Of a stretch of DNA of 64,000 nt, positions 32,376 through 44,991 are shown in pieces. The DNA comes from Candidatus Dormiibacterota bacterium. Its GTDB lineage: Bacteria > Chloroflexota > Dormibacteria > Aeolococcales > Aeolococcaceae. The notes beneath the pieces were generated by a model, which worked only from the letters and a program-made list of their open reading frames with translations, searched no databases and had not been told where the DNA came from. Made by a program: the position numbers and the translations under genes. Within the stretch, counting starts at the first letter, position 1. Every line of letters starts with the position of its first letter. The stretch spans positions 636-64,635 of the forward strand of contig JBEPVD010000011.1 in the NCBI GenBank assembly GCA_041691155.1. Reading direction: 5' to 3'.

Positions 32376-34163
32376 TCATGGTTGCGTGCCGAAGTTCGGC
32401 GAGTGCCGAGTCTCCAGCACTTTGCCGTTGCCGAGATACATGTGCACGCCGCATGGCAGACACGGATCAAAGCTGCGCACCGCGCGCATGATGTCGATGC
32501 CCTTGAAGTTGTCAGGCCCGTTCTCTTCAAAGATCGGCGTGTTCTGCACCGAGTCTTCGTACGGTCCCGGCGTTCCGTACATGTCGCGAGGCGTGGCGTT
32601 CCACGGCGTCGGCGGGTACGGATGGTAGTTGGCGATCTTCCCGTCACGAATCACGACGTGGTGGGAGAGCACACCGCGAACCGCTTCATGGAAGCCACAG
32701 CCGATCGCCTCGTCAGGCACGGTGAATGGCGTGAAGGTGTCGGTGCGTCCAGCGTTGAGCTCAGCGAAGGCCTTCTCGATGAAGTGGAGCGCAGCCGCTG
32801 CCGCGTACGCCTGGAAGTACGTCCGGGCCCGGTCGCGCTCGATCGCGTTGCTCCACTTCGGCACGTGCCACTCGAACTCAACCTCGGGCTTCGAGGCGGT
32901 CTTGGGAAGGTAGATCTTGGTGCTGTGACCGGTCGCCTTCACGTAGCCGATGTCGACGACGCCGGCGAGTGAGGTCGCGAGCAGCCGGGCGAAGGCGCCG
33001 CCACCGGTATCCATCGCCAGGTGCTGGCCCTCGTGGAGGTAGCGCGGGCACATCACCCAGCTGTAGTTCTTGTCGAAATCGCGCTTCCCCGGCTTGGGGA
33101 TGGTTGTCTGGTTCCACGGATGCCGCTTGTCGATCGGGAATCCGAGCGGATCCTTCTCGACGAACACTTCACCGTCGTCGACCCAGTCCTCGTAGAACGA
33201 GTGTCCGAGCAGGATTCGGATGTTGCGGTTGATCTCGACCAGGTCAGTGGTGACCAGCTTGCCGTCCACAACGACACCGGGGGTCACGAACATCGACCGT
33301 CCCCAGTTGGTCATGTGACGGTAGGTGTAGTCGCACTCGTCGGGATCGTTGAACGAGCCCCAGCAGACCGTGTCCATACGGCGACGACCGACTTCCTCGT
33401 ACCCCGGAAGAGCCTCGTAGAAGAAGTCGAAGATGTCGTCGTGCAGTGGCACGACCTTCTTCATGAACTCAACGTAGCGCATCAGGCGAACGAGGTAGTC
33501 CGAGAAGAGCTGGACGGTCGGCACGGTGCCGACGCCGCCGGGATACAACGTCGATGGATGGACGTGGCGTCCCTCCATCAGGCAGAACATCTCGCGCGTG
33601 TAGCGGCTGACGTGCAAGGTCTCGCGGTAGAACTCGCCCGTGAACGGGTTGAGCGCCCGCATGATGTCGGCGATCGTCCGATAGCCATGGTCGGCCGCAT
33701 GCGGCGAGGGAGTGTTCTCCGCTTTCGCGAGGACACTCGGGTTGGTCTCTTTCACCATCTGCTCGCAGAAGTCGACCATGAGCAGGTTGTCCTGGAAGAT
33801 GTTGTGGTCGAACATGTACTCGGCGGCCTCGCCGAGGTTGACGATCCACTCCGCCATTGCCGGCGGCCGGATGCCGAACGCCATGTTCTGCGCGTAGGTT
33901 GCGCAGGTCGCGTGGTTGTCACCGCAAATGCCGCAGATGCGGCTGGTGATGAAGTGCGCGTCGCGAGGGTCCTTGCCCTTCATGAAGATGCTGTAGCCAC
34001 GGAAGATCGACGAGGTGCTCCGGCAGTCCGCGACGACGCGGTTCGCGAAGTCGATCTTCGTGAAGATGCCGAGGCTGCCGACGATCCTGGTGATGGGATC
34101 CCAGGAGACGTCAACCAGGGTCGGGTCCTTGGTCCGGGTGGCGTCTTTCTCAACCACAGTCAT
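32376..34163 (-). CDS. hhyL: Group 1h [NiFe]-hydrogenase large subunit
   Basis: L1 ITSRICGICGDNH; L2 SFDPCLPCGVH; WDPITRIVG. Confidence 0.95.
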   Translation of the reverse strand: MTVVEKDATRTKDPTLVDVSWDPITRIVGSLGIFTKIDFANRVVADCRSTSSIFRGYSIFMKGKDPRDAHFITSRICGICGDNHATCATYAQNMAFGIRPPAMAEWIVNLGEAAEYMFDHNIFQDNLLMVDFCEQMVKETNPSVLAKAENTPSPHAADHGYRTIADIMRALNPFTGEFYRETLHVSRYTREMFCLMEGRHVHPSTLYPGGVGTVPTVQLFSDYLVRLMRYVEFMKKVVPLHDDIFDFFYEALPGYEEVGRRRMDTVCWGSFNDPDECDYTYRHMTNWGRSMFVTPGVVVDGKLVTTDLVEINRNIRILLGHSFYEDWVDDGEVFVEKDPLGFPIDKRHPWNQTTIPKPGKRDFDKNYSWVMCPRYLHEGQHLAMDTGGGAFARLLATSLAGVVDIGYVKATGHSTKIYLPKTASKPEVEFEWHVPKWSNAIERDRARTYFQAYAAAAALHFIEKAFAELNAGRTDTFTPFTVPDEAIGCGFHEAVRGVLSHHVVIRDGKIANYHPYPPTPWNATPRDMYGTPGPYEDSVQNTPIFEENGPDNFKGIDIMRAVRSFDPCLPCGVHMYLGNGKVLETRHSPNFGTQP

Positions 34164-34177
34164 GGGTCTGTCTCTCC

Positions 34178-35242
34178 TCAGTACGTGGTCGGCCGGTAGC
34201 CGGTGGTCAGCTCTGGCCGGGTGTGACGCCACTTCGGCTCTTTGTTGACGGTCGTGTTGGTGACCTTGCGCAGCGCACGGATGGCAGTGCCGTAGACACC
34301 GATCACGCCGGTCGAAAGATGCGCGCCGGGCGGCTCGTCCATGAACGGCATGAACTTGTCCGGGAAGCCGGGCATCGTGCAGCCGATGCAGATGCCGCCG
34401 ACGTTTGGACAGCCGCCGATGCCGGCCATCCATCCGCGCTTGGGCACGTTGCAGTTGACGACCGGTCCCCAGCAGCCGAGCTTCACGAGGCAGCGAGGGG
34501 AGTTGTAGTCCGCGGCGAAATCGCCCTGCTCGTAGGACGCGGCACGGTCACACCCGTCGTGGACCGTGTCCCCGAAGAGCCACGTGGGACGCAACTGGTC
34601 ATCCAGCGGGATCACCGGCGCGAGTCCGGCGACCATGTAGAGCAGATAGAGCACCGTCTCCATGAAGTTGTCGGGTTGCACAGGGCAGCCCGGTACGTTG
34701 ACGATCGGAAGGCCCGCCTTCGACTTCCAGTCCCAGCCGAGGTAGTCGGCCAGGCCCATAGCGCCGGTGGGGTTCCCCTGCATCGCATGGATGCCGCCGT
34801 ACGTCGCGCAAGTGCCGCAGGCGACGACAGCGAGCGCCTTGGGCGCGAGGCGGTCGATCCATTCGCAGGTGGTGATCGGTTGCCCGGTCGCCGCGTCCGT
34901 GCCGACGGCGGCCCAGTAACCTTCCTTCTTGATGGTTTCGTTCGGAATCGAGCCTTCGATGACGAGCACGAAGGGATCCAGCTCGCCGTTCGCGGCCGCG
35001 TGCCAGGACTTGATGAACTCCTCGCCGTTCTCATACGCGAGGACGGGGTTGTACAGATGCACTTTGGGGAGGCCCGGTATCGCACCGAGCAGCACATCCT
35101 CGATGCTGGGCTGCGTGGCTGCGGTGATCGACACCGAGTCACCGTCGCAGCCGAGTCCGGCGGTCACCCACACGATGTGGACATCCGGGACGGGCGACTC
35201 CCGCTGGGTTTTCCGCCCGTAGGGCACCGTGTCTGTGGCCAT
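34178..35242 (-). CDS. hhyS: Group 1h [NiFe]-hydrogenase small subunit
   Basis: GLGCDGDS (Cys/Asp proximal ligands), GCPVQP, HDGCDR, CIGCTMPGFPD; no Tat signal. Confidence 0.95.
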   Translation of the reverse strand: MATDTVPYGRKTQRESPVPDVHIVWVTAGLGCDGDSVSITAATQPSIEDVLLGAIPGLPKVHLYNPVLAYENGEEFIKSWHAAANGELDPFVLVIEGSIPNETIKKEGYWAAVGTDAATGQPITTCEWIDRLAPKALAVVACGTCATYGGIHAMQGNPTGAMGLADYLGWDWKSKAGLPIVNVPGCPVQPDNFMETVLYLLYMVAGLAPVIPLDDQLRPTWLFGDTVHDGCDRAASYEQGDFAADYNSPRCLVKLGCWGPVVNCNVPKRGWMAGIGGCPNVGGICIGCTMPGFPDKFMPFMDEPPGAHLSTGVIGVYGTAIRALRKVTNTTVNKEPKWRHTRPELTTGYRPTTY

Positions 35243-35364
35243 CCAACCTCCTCCTTGATGAGCTTGGCTGCGGCGACGAAACGACGGATCAAGTCGCGCG
35301 AAGTCCGCCTCGTGACGGACTGTGCCCACCCGCGATACCCCCGTCAATCCGTGTATCTCGCACC

Positions 35365-35383
35365 TATCCGCGCAGCGCGGATA
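35365..35383. promoter_or_regulatory. Palindrome TATCCGCGC-A-GCGCGGATA upstream of hhyS
   Basis: Perfect 9-bp inverted repeat with a 1-nt spacer between the padR stop and hhyS. Confidence 0.5.
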
Positions 35384-35384
35384 T

Positions 35385-35843
35385 TTACAGCGAGGTGGTG
35401 TTGCGGGTGCTCAACGCAAGATGGTCGTGCTGCTGCGCGGCCTTCGACTCCTGCTTGCCACTCGGCGATGCGGAGTGCACGCTCGAGGACCCCGGGGTTC
35501 GCCTGCGCATCTTCAGGAACTCCTGCGCGACATGCAGGAGTTGCTCGACCGGAGCGACATAGGCGTCGACCATGTCCATGCCCGATTCGCTCAATTCGTA
35601 GCGACGGCGACTGCGACCGCCCGTCGTCCGCTCCCAGGTTGAACGCAAGAGTCCCTCGCTCTCCATGGTGTTCAAAGCCCGGTAGACCGTTCCGAGATCG
35701 CACTCCACGCCGACGCCAAGCAGCCAGTGATGCAGCTCGTAGCCGTAGACCGTGTCTCCGCCGACGAGATGCGCGAGGACGCACGGGCGCAGCATGCCAA
35801 CTGACATTGCCCCTGGTCCAACCGGCCGGCCGTCCCCGCTCAA
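35385..35843 (-). CDS. PadR-family transcriptional regulator
   Basis: LRPCVL, YGYEL, GTVYRALNTMESEGLL, RRRYELSESG; true start may be downstream (MSVG or MLRP). Confidence 0.85.
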   Translation of the reverse strand: MSGDGRPVGPGAMSVGMLRPCVLAHLVGGDTVYGYELHHWLLGVGVECDLGTVYRALNTMESEGLLRSTWERTTGGRSRRRYELSESGMDMVDAYVAPVEQLLHVAQEFLKMRRRTPGSSSVHSASPSGKQESKAAQQHDHLALSTRNTTSL

Positions 35844-35905
35844 TGCCTTACCTCGAATCCGCCAACTGGTGTGCTCACTGTACGGCGGCGAACCAACCTT
35901 TTACC

Positions 35906-35922
35906 CTAGGGTCGGACCCTAG
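35906..35922. promoter_or_regulatory. Palindrome CTAGGGTC-G-GACCCTAG, candidate LuxR-type operator
   Basis: Perfect 8-bp inverted repeat at the end of the LuxR gene, upstream of padR. Confidence 0.55.
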
Positions 35923-38768
35923 TCTTTTGCGACCAGGACACCCTTGGTTGCGCTGCTGCTCGTATGAGCCTGTCGCACCGGAGCAATTGGCCCAAACGTT
36001 GGTACCAGTTCTTGACGCGAACGGATGCCGAGCTTTCCGTACACATTCGCCAGGTGGTACTCCACCGTCTTGATGCTGACCACCAGTTCGTCCGCGACTT
36101 GACGATTGGTGCGACCCGTCGCCACGAGGCGGGCGACCGAGACTTCCTGCGGCGTCAGCCGCCAGCGTGCCGATTGACCGCCGTCGGCGCTGAGCGCGAG
36201 ACCGCACTGCGCGAGCAGCCGGGCGCAGTCGGCGATGAAGGGCCGCGCCTCCAGGTCGACGAAGCGCTCGTGGGCAGCCTCCAGCTGCCACATCGCGGAA
36301 CGGTTGTGGCCCTCACGAAGGAGGTGCCGACCATACTCGAGCTCGGTCAATCCTCGCTCGAACGGCAGCTGAATGTCGTCAAGGATGGCGAGGCTGGAGA
36401 CGAATGACACCTCGGCGTCGTCAGTCCGACCGAGTGCCGCGTCGATGGCGCCACGCACCCGTTCTGCGGCCGCCACCGATTGCGCTCGGTTCCGCTCACG
36501 TGCAAGCCGCGTGAACTGGCCCAGCACGGTTTCGGCATCGCGAAGCCTGCTCGTGCCGACGAGAGCGGATGCGTACAGGATCGGCCAGTCCAGGATCCCG
36601 GGCTCGCGGATGCCGTCGAGGTCGGCGAGCGGCAGCAATGGCTCCAGCGCATGGATCACCTGTTCGTGATCGCCGCGCGCGCGCGCCACCAGCGCGGAAG
36701 CCATCGCAGCCTGGGCCACCCCGGCGAACTCCGCTCTGACGATCTCGGCGGCGCGGCGCGCCGCGGCCGCGTGTGCGCCGGCTGCGTCCCAGTCACCTCG
36801 GCCGGCGAGCGGTGCCGCCGCTGCGGCGTGCGCTCGGGCGAGCAGCCAGGTCTGGTCGGCATCCTCCGCGAGGGACGCGGCGAGTTGACCGTGCACCGAG
36901 GCGTCGTCCCATGCGCCCATGCGGTACTCCGCGATCGACAGCGCCGTGAGCGCCTCGACCGCGTGTCGCGCCGGGCCTCGACGCCGGTATTGATCGGCAA
37001 TCGGCGCGAGGTCGTCGCGCGCGCCGACCGGATCATCGGTCACACAGCGCACGTACCCACGGCCGATGAAGCCGTCGAGTGACTCCGACTCGTCGATCGA
37101 GCTCGCATCCCCGAGCGCGACAACCGCTGCCGCTGCTTCCGGCGCTCGCCCGGCGAAGAGCAGCCCGGTCGCAAGCACCGAGAGTGAGTCGGAAACTGGC
37201 GACGGCGGTCGCTTGGCGTCAAGCGAGCGTGTGGCCCATAACGCGGCGTCAGCGCCGTGGCCGCGGCCCATGTGGACGTGAGCAAGCTGCGCGGCGATCT
37301 CCTCCGCCAGCGGGTGGTCGCGGACGCGGTCGCAGGCTTCGTACGCGATGCTGAGCAACTCCTGCGCTCTGTCGTATCGGCCGGCAACCATTGCGAGACT
37401 ACCCAGCACGAAGCCGCGCCGAGCCGTCGGCGGCTGCAGCTCGATCTCGTCGACCAGCGCTGTCGCATCATCCACGGCACCGCCCAGGAGCATGTATTCC
37501 GCAGCCATGAGCAGCCGCAGGTCGCGCTCCGGGCTGTCCACTGTGAGGCGGCTGGCGGACAGCAGCGCGTCGGCGGCGGCGTCCCATCCCCCACGACGCG
37601 CGATCTGCATACCGAAGATCAGGAGGTCTGCCGCGAGTTGCGGATCCGCGCCGTGCGCGGCGGCCACTCGATGGTGGAGTGCTGCGGCCTCGTCGCTGAC
37701 CATCCCGGCGGCGCGCTCGTGAAGTTCAGCGCGGCGTGCAGGGCCGATCGTGTGGTACGCGGCCGCCTGGATCAGCGGGTGCGGGAATGCGATGTCGCGA
37801 TCCGCTGGAGCGCCTCGCTCCAGCAGGAGACGGGCGGCCATCGCGCGCTCCAGCGGCACCAGCGTCTCTGCGAGGTCGGCGAGCTTGCCGGCCTGTGCGA
37901 GCCTGCAGCTCAGGCCGAACACCGACGCCGCCGTGACCAGCCGTTGCGCCTCCGGTGAACAGGCCTCGAGGCGCGCCCGCACCAGCGCGCTGAAGTCGGC
38001 GGTGGACGGCAAAGGCAGATCCGACGGCTCGCGGAGGATCTCGGGAACGATCTCGTCGAAGATGGCCGTGGCATGCAGTGGGCTGCCACCTGTATGAGCC
38101 CGGATGCGGTCCGCCGCACGGGATGAGAGGTGGTCGATGCCCATCGTCGTGCCGAGATCACGTATCGACGCCGCGTCGAGCCCTCGAACACGGACCCATC
38201 CGCCATGACTGTGTTCGACCAGGCGGTGGAATCCGGCCAGGTGGCCGCGGGTCGAACCGCTGCGCGACACCATGAGGGTGAGGACACGATCCGCCTGGAG
38301 CCGCCGCAACGCGAATAGCAACGCTTGCAGGGACGGCCGGTCGGCCCATTGCGCATCGTCGATGAGCAGGAGAACGGGGCCGCCCGACGTCTGCATCGAC
38401 CCGAGCAACTCGAGCAGCGCCGCGCCCACCCATATCGGGTCGCGAGACTCGCCACCGGCGCTGCCGAGGCCTGCGAGAGCGGGAGCATCGGTCGAGGGCC
38501 CTGTGCGCACGAGTTGCTCCACGACGCCGAAGGTGAGGAGTTGCTCAGCTTCCTCACCACTGGCTTCCCAGACCTGAAAGCCGTGCAACTGGCTGACGAA
38601 ACGGTGCGCGAGCGCCGTCTTGCCGATTCCCGGTTCGCCGGTGAGCAGCACGATGCGCGGGTGACCCGCCCGGACCTGCTCCGCCTCGGCGAGTAGGCTG
38701 CTCAGTTCACTCCCCCGGCCGACGAAAGCCGTTGCGACTGGACCGGGCTCGCCGATTCGTGCCGTCAT
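35919..38768 (-). CDS. Large ATP-binding LuxR-family (LAL) regulator
   Basis: FVGRGSEL, GEPGIGKT, IDDAQWAD, helical repeats, C-terminal HTH LTPQE...TVEYHLANVYGKLG. Confidence 0.9.
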   Translation of the reverse strand: MTARIGEPGPVATAFVGRGSELSSLLAEAEQVRAGHPRIVLLTGEPGIGKTALAHRFVSQLHGFQVWEASGEEAEQLLTFGVVEQLVRTGPSTDAPALAGLGSAGGESRDPIWVGAALLELLGSMQTSGGPVLLLIDDAQWADRPSLQALLFALRRLQADRVLTLMVSRSGSTRGHLAGFHRLVEHSHGGWVRVRGLDAASIRDLGTTMGIDHLSSRAADRIRAHTGGSPLHATAIFDEIVPEILREPSDLPLPSTADFSALVRARLEACSPEAQRLVTAASVFGLSCRLAQAGKLADLAETLVPLERAMAARLLLERGAPADRDIAFPHPLIQAAAYHTIGPARRAELHERAAGMVSDEAAALHHRVAAAHGADPQLAADLLIFGMQIARRGGWDAAADALLSASRLTVDSPERDLRLLMAAEYMLLGGAVDDATALVDEIELQPPTARRGFVLGSLAMVAGRYDRAQELLSIAYEACDRVRDHPLAEEIAAQLAHVHMGRGHGADAALWATRSLDAKRPPSPVSDSLSVLATGLLFAGRAPEAAAAVVALGDASSIDESESLDGFIGRGYVRCVTDDPVGARDDLAPIADQYRRRGPARHAVEALTALSIAEYRMGAWDDASVHGQLAASLAEDADQTWLLARAHAAAAAPLAGRGDWDAAGAHAAAARRAAEIVRAEFAGVAQAAMASALVARARGDHEQVIHALEPLLPLADLDGIREPGILDWPILYASALVGTSRLRDAETVLGQFTRLARERNRAQSVAAAERVRGAIDAALGRTDDAEVSFVSSLAILDDIQLPFERGLTELEYGRHLLREGHNRSAMWQLEAAHERFVDLEARPFIADCARLLAQCGLALSADGGQSARWRLTPQEVSVARLVATGRTNRQVADELVVSIKTVEYHLANVYGKLGIRSRQELVPTFGPIAPVRQAHTSSSATKGVLVAKD

Positions 38769-38818
38769 CAGGGCATCAGATGCTACCCCCGTGGCGGCGA
38801 TGACGTTGCAGAGCCTGC

Positions 38819-40251
<1,433 letters not shown>

Positions 40252-40252
<1 letters not shown>

Positions 40253-43200
40253 CAGCTCACCAGTTCGAGTTGGGCGCGGAGCGCGCGGCGGTATTCCTCG
40301 GGCATGACCTTCACGAACAGCGCGCGAGACTGATTCCAGGTGCGGAGCAGCCGCGAGGCAACGTCACTCCCGGTGAGCGCTGCGTGCCGCACCAGCAGAT
40401 CAAGCACCGCGCCCTGATCCTCGACACCCAACGGCTCGAGCGCAACCGTCGCGCCGTTGCAGCGTGACGACAGGCCGCCATCCTCGTCGAGCACGTAGGC
40501 GATGCCGCCACTCATGCCAGCGGCGAAGTTCCGTCCAGTGCGACCGAGGACGACGACCGTCCCGCCGGTCATGTACTCGCATCCATGATCGCCGACCCCT
40601 TCCACCACCGCGAGCGCGCCCGAGTTGCGAACGGCAAAACGCTCGCCGGCCACGCCGCGGACGAATGCCTCGCCCGACGTCGCTCCGTAGAGCGCCACGT
40701 TGCCGATGATGATGTTCTCCTCGGCGCGTCGAAGGGCGGCGTGGGGTGGAAGAATGACCAGCCTCCCGCCCGAAAGCCCTTTACCCACATAGTCATTCGC
40801 CTCACCACGCAAGGTGAGTGTGACCCCCGATGCGAGCCACGCGCCGAACGACTGACCGGCGGCGCCGTCGAGTTCGATGCCGATGGTGCCATCCGGAAGC
40901 CCAGCTGCCCCGTAGCGTCTCGCGATCTCGCCGCTCAACATCGCGCCCACAGAGCGATGCACGTTGCGCACCTTCACTCGTATGCGCGCCGACCGTTGCG
41001 TCTCCAGCGCGTCGGCACACTGGACCAGCAAATCCTGATCGAGCATCTCGCTGAGATCCGCGACCTGAAAAGCGCTGTGACGCCGTTCGGCCGGCGACGT
41101 CACCGAGGGAACCGTCAGCAGGCTGCGCAGGTCAAGGCCGCGCGCCTTCCAGTGATCGACGGCGGGGCGCGCCTCGATCACATCGACTCGACCGATCATG
41201 TCCTCGAAGCGACGGAATCCCAGACGTGCCATCCAGCGACGAACATCCTCCGCAAGAAAGAGCATGAACGCCACAACGTGTTCGGGACGGCCGGCGAAGC
41301 GTGCGCGGAGCACGGGGTCCTGCGTGGCGATGCCGACCGGACACGTGTTGAGATGGCAGACGCGCATCATCACGCAGCCTGCGGCAATCAGCGGGGCTGT
41401 GGCAAACGCGAACTCGTCAGCACCCAGCAGCGCGCCGATGACCACGTCGCGTCCGGTCTTCATCTGACCGTCCGCCTGCAGCGTCACCCGGCTGCGCAGC
41501 CGCTGGCGGATCAACACCTGCTGCGCTTCGGCGAGACCGAGCTCCCAGGGCACACCGGCGTGCTTGATGGCTGTGAGCGGCGAGGCACCGGTGCCACCTT
41601 CATACCCCGCGATGACGATGTGATCCGCGCGCGCTTTCGCGACGCCCGCAGCCACGGTGCCAACGCCGGATTCCGCCACCAGCTTGACGCTGATTCGCGC
41701 CCGCGGGTTCACGCTGCGGAGGTCCCAGATGAGCTGTGCAAGGTCCTCGATGGAATAGATGTCGTGATGCGGCGGCGGCGAGATGAGCCCGACGCCGGGT
41801 GTCGAGTGGCGAAGTCTCGCGATCGCCTCGTCCACCTTGAATCCCGGGAGTTGCCCTCCCTCGCCCGGTTTCGCCCCCTGGGCGATCTTGATCTGCAGTT
41901 CGTCAGCATTCACGAGGTAGTGGGCGGTGACGCCGAAACGCGCTGACGCCACCTGCTTGATCGCGCTCCGCCGCCAGTCGCCGTTTGCGTCGGGCTCGAA
42001 CCGCGAGGGGTCCTCGCCACCCTCACCCGTGTTGGAACGTGCACCCAGGCGATTCATGGCGATCGCGAGCAGCTCGTGCACTTCCTTGCCCAAGGAGCCG
42101 TGCGACATGCCGCCGGTCGAGAAGCGTCGGACGATATTGAGTGCCGGCTCAACCTCATCGAGCGGCACGCGCACCGCAGAGTCGCGAAGCGCGAACAGTC
42201 CCCGAAGGTTCTTCAAGCGCTGCGACTCGTCGTCAGCCAGCGCGACGTACTCACGGAAGGCGGCCTCGTCACCCGATTTGACCGCATGCTGGAGTGCGCC
42301 GATGACCTCGGGATGCCACTGATGGAGCTCGCCGTCTCGTCGCCATCGATACTCGCCGCGGTCCTCGAGCGTCGGTGGTGTGATGCTCACGTCGGGGAAG
42401 GCACGCCGATGACGAGCGAGTGCCTCGGCGGCGATCACATCGATCCCGATACCCCCGATGCGCGACGGCGTATTCGGAAAGAAGCGGTCAATGACGCTGT
42501 GATCAATTCCCAGGCATTCGAAGATCTGCGCGCCGCAATACGACTCGATCGTGGAGATGCCCATGCGTGCAATGGTTTTGCGCAACCCTTTGACGAGCGC
42601 ATGGACGTACAGCTCCTCGGCACGCGCCGCGTCAACGGTCGGCGGGAGCAGTTCGCGCCGCGCGAGGTCAGCCACGGTCTCGAACGCGAGATAGGGGTTC
42701 ACCGCCTCCGCGCCATACCCGACCAGCAAGGCGAGGTGCATCACCTCGCGCACCTCTCCGGTTTCCACGACCAGTCCAACACCGGTGCGTGTCTGTTCCC
42801 GAACCAGATGGTGGTGCACTGCGGCGGTCGCGAGGAGCGAGGGAATCGGCACGTGGGAAGCGTCGATGTGCCGGTCGCTCAGGATGAGCACCGTCGCGCC
42901 GGCGGCAATCTGTTCCGACGCGATGCGGCAGATGCGGTCGATCCCCGCGAGGAGACCCGCCGCACCAGCGTCGCGATGGAACACCATCGAAATCGTCGCA
43001 GCCGGGAACTGGCGTTGCGTCACGTGCCGGAGCTTCTCGAGATCGATGTTGGTGAGCACCGGATGACGCAGCGCGAGACGTTTCGCTTGCGCAGGGCCCT
43101 GCTCCAACAGGTTGCCCCCCGCCCCAAGCGTGGTCACGAGCGACATCACCGCTTGCTCACGGATGGGGTCGATCGGCGGGTTCGTGACCTGTGCGAAGAG

Positions 43201-44745
43201 TTGCTTGAAGTAATTGAAGAGCGGCAGCGGTCGCTCGCTGAGGACCGCGAGCGGCGTGTCGTTGCCCATCGAACCGACGGCTTCCTCGCCGGTGTGGCCC
43301 ATTGGCGTGATGAGCATTTCGACGTCCTCGACGCTGTACCCGAAGGCCTGCTGTCGCACCAGGAGCGTTCCCCGATCGGACACCGGGACGTGGTCCGGGG
43401 GATCGAGCTCATCGAGATGCACCGTTCCCGCGCTGATCCACTCGCGATACGGATGCGTGGCGGAGAGACCGCTCTTGACGTCCTGATCATCGAGAATCCG
43501 TCCCGCAGCCGTGTCGACGAGGAGCAGCCTGCCCGGCTCGAGGCGCCACTTCCGCGTGATCTGTTCCTCCGGAAGGTCCAGCACGCCGGCTTCGGACGCC
43601 ATGACCACGAGGCCATCCTCCGTCGTGAGGTATCGAGCCGGGCGCAGACCGTTGCGGTCGAGGGTTGCGCCGATGACCAGTCCGTCGGTGAAAGCGATCG
43701 CTGCCGGCCCGTCCCACGGCTCGAGCAGCGAACTGTGAAACTCGTAGAACGCGCGGCGATCCGCGTCCATGAGCGTGTTCTCATGCCACGCCTCGGGAAT
43801 CATCATCATCACCGCGTGCTCGATCGACCGGCCGGTCATGGTGAGCAGCTCGAGCGCATTGTCAAACTGAGACGAGTCCGAACCAGACTCGTCGAGGACC
43901 GGCACCAGCTTGGCGATGTCATCGCCAAAGTGCGGACTGCGGAATTTGGATTGGCGCGCGCGCATCCAGTTGACGTTGCCCCGGAGCGTGTTGATCTCGC
44001 CGTTGTGCGCCGACATGCGGAAGGGCTGCGCGAGATCCCAGCGCGGCAGCACGTTGGTGGAGAAACGGGCATGCACCAGCGCCAGCGACGACATCAACCG
44101 TGGATCGCGGAGGTCGGGATAAAAGCCGGCCAATTGCGCCGCGGTGAGCATGCCCTTGTAGACGAGGGTCCGCGCGGAGAGCGACGCGAAGTGAAACTGA
44201 TCGCGCCCGATGCCCGCTGCAACAGCGGCACGCTCGATGACCCTTCGCAGCACCAGCAGACGGCTCTCCAGGACGGCACCGTCGAGCCCGATCGCGGCAA
44301 CAAACAGCTGGCGGATCGCGGGCAGCGTCGACCGAGCGCTCAGTCCGAGCGCGTCGCCGGCCACCGGGACGTCACGCCATCCGAGGAGGCGCATGCCCTC
44401 AGCGCGGCATGCCTGCAACGTGATGGCCTCGCAGCGAGCGCGGTCCTCCGGGTCCTGGGGCATCATCGCCATCCCGACCCCGTACGCGCCTGGGGCGGGG
44501 AGCGAGATGCCCGACGCATCGCGAAAGAACGGGTCGGGGAGCTGGATCAGGATGCCCGCGCCATCCCCGCTATCGGGCTCGGCTCCGGATGCACCGCGAT
44601 GACCCAGGTTCACGAGCGCCTCGATGCCCGATTCCACCACCGCGTGGCTTGCCCCACCGGCAATGCGCGCGACAAAGGCGACGCCGCACGCATCGTGTTC
44701 AGCGGCAGACTCGAATAGACCTCGTCGCGGGTGCAGGTCGCTCAT
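40252..44745 (-). CDS. gltB: Glutamate synthase large subunit
   Basis: [41 protein letters not shown]. Confidence 0.97.
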
Positions 44746-44834
44746 CTGTTGGCCGATACGAGGACATCCTGACAGGCGCGGCCAATCGATTCAATCCACA
44801 AACCTCACAAGAGTCTGTGCTAGGGTTTGTGCAA

Positions 44835-44897
44835 ATGGTCGCAACTGCGCGTCGATACTTTGGCCCGCCAGCCGTAAGGCTGCCGGGGGTTCTCTAA
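44835..44897 (+). CDS. Putative 20-aa leader peptide MVATARRYFGPPAVRLPGVL
   Basis: ATG 8 nt after TGC-TAGGGT extended -10; tandem Tyr-Phe codons; overlaps the structured leader. Confidence 0.4.
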   Translation: MVATARRYFGPPAVRLPGVL

Positions 44898-44991
44898 CCC
44901 GACGCGCAGTTTCTTCCAGGGCTGGTTCATCAAAGATGGGTCAGCCCCGGATCCCGTGAGGTGGCCCATCACCACACGGAGGTTCCATACA
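44835..44991 (+). promoter_or_regulatory. Structured 5' leader, putative attenuator
   Basis: 12-bp stem 44843-54/44900-11 with inner GUAA hairpin; 13-bp hairpin 44919-44947; RBS-overlapping hairpin 44954-44979; alternative 9-bp pairing 44935-43/44962-70. Confidence 0.6.

Noticed and set aside
42076-44718. 880-aa plus-strand ORF, and similar long antisense ORFs (34223..36073, 53391..55331, 24789..26270, 40585..41946)
   Set aside because: Antisense shadows of conserved genes, expected in high-GC DNA; no motifs
44878-44991. Aromatic-rich frame (…SFFQGWFIK…) in frame with DAHP synthase
   Set aside because: No start codon between the upstream TAA and GTG 44956; explained by the hairpin sequence
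44835-44991. T-box riboswitch or 6S RNA identity for the structured leader
   Set aside because: No UGGNACC bulge or T-box stem I motifs; the bubble-containing stem is far shorter than 6S RNA
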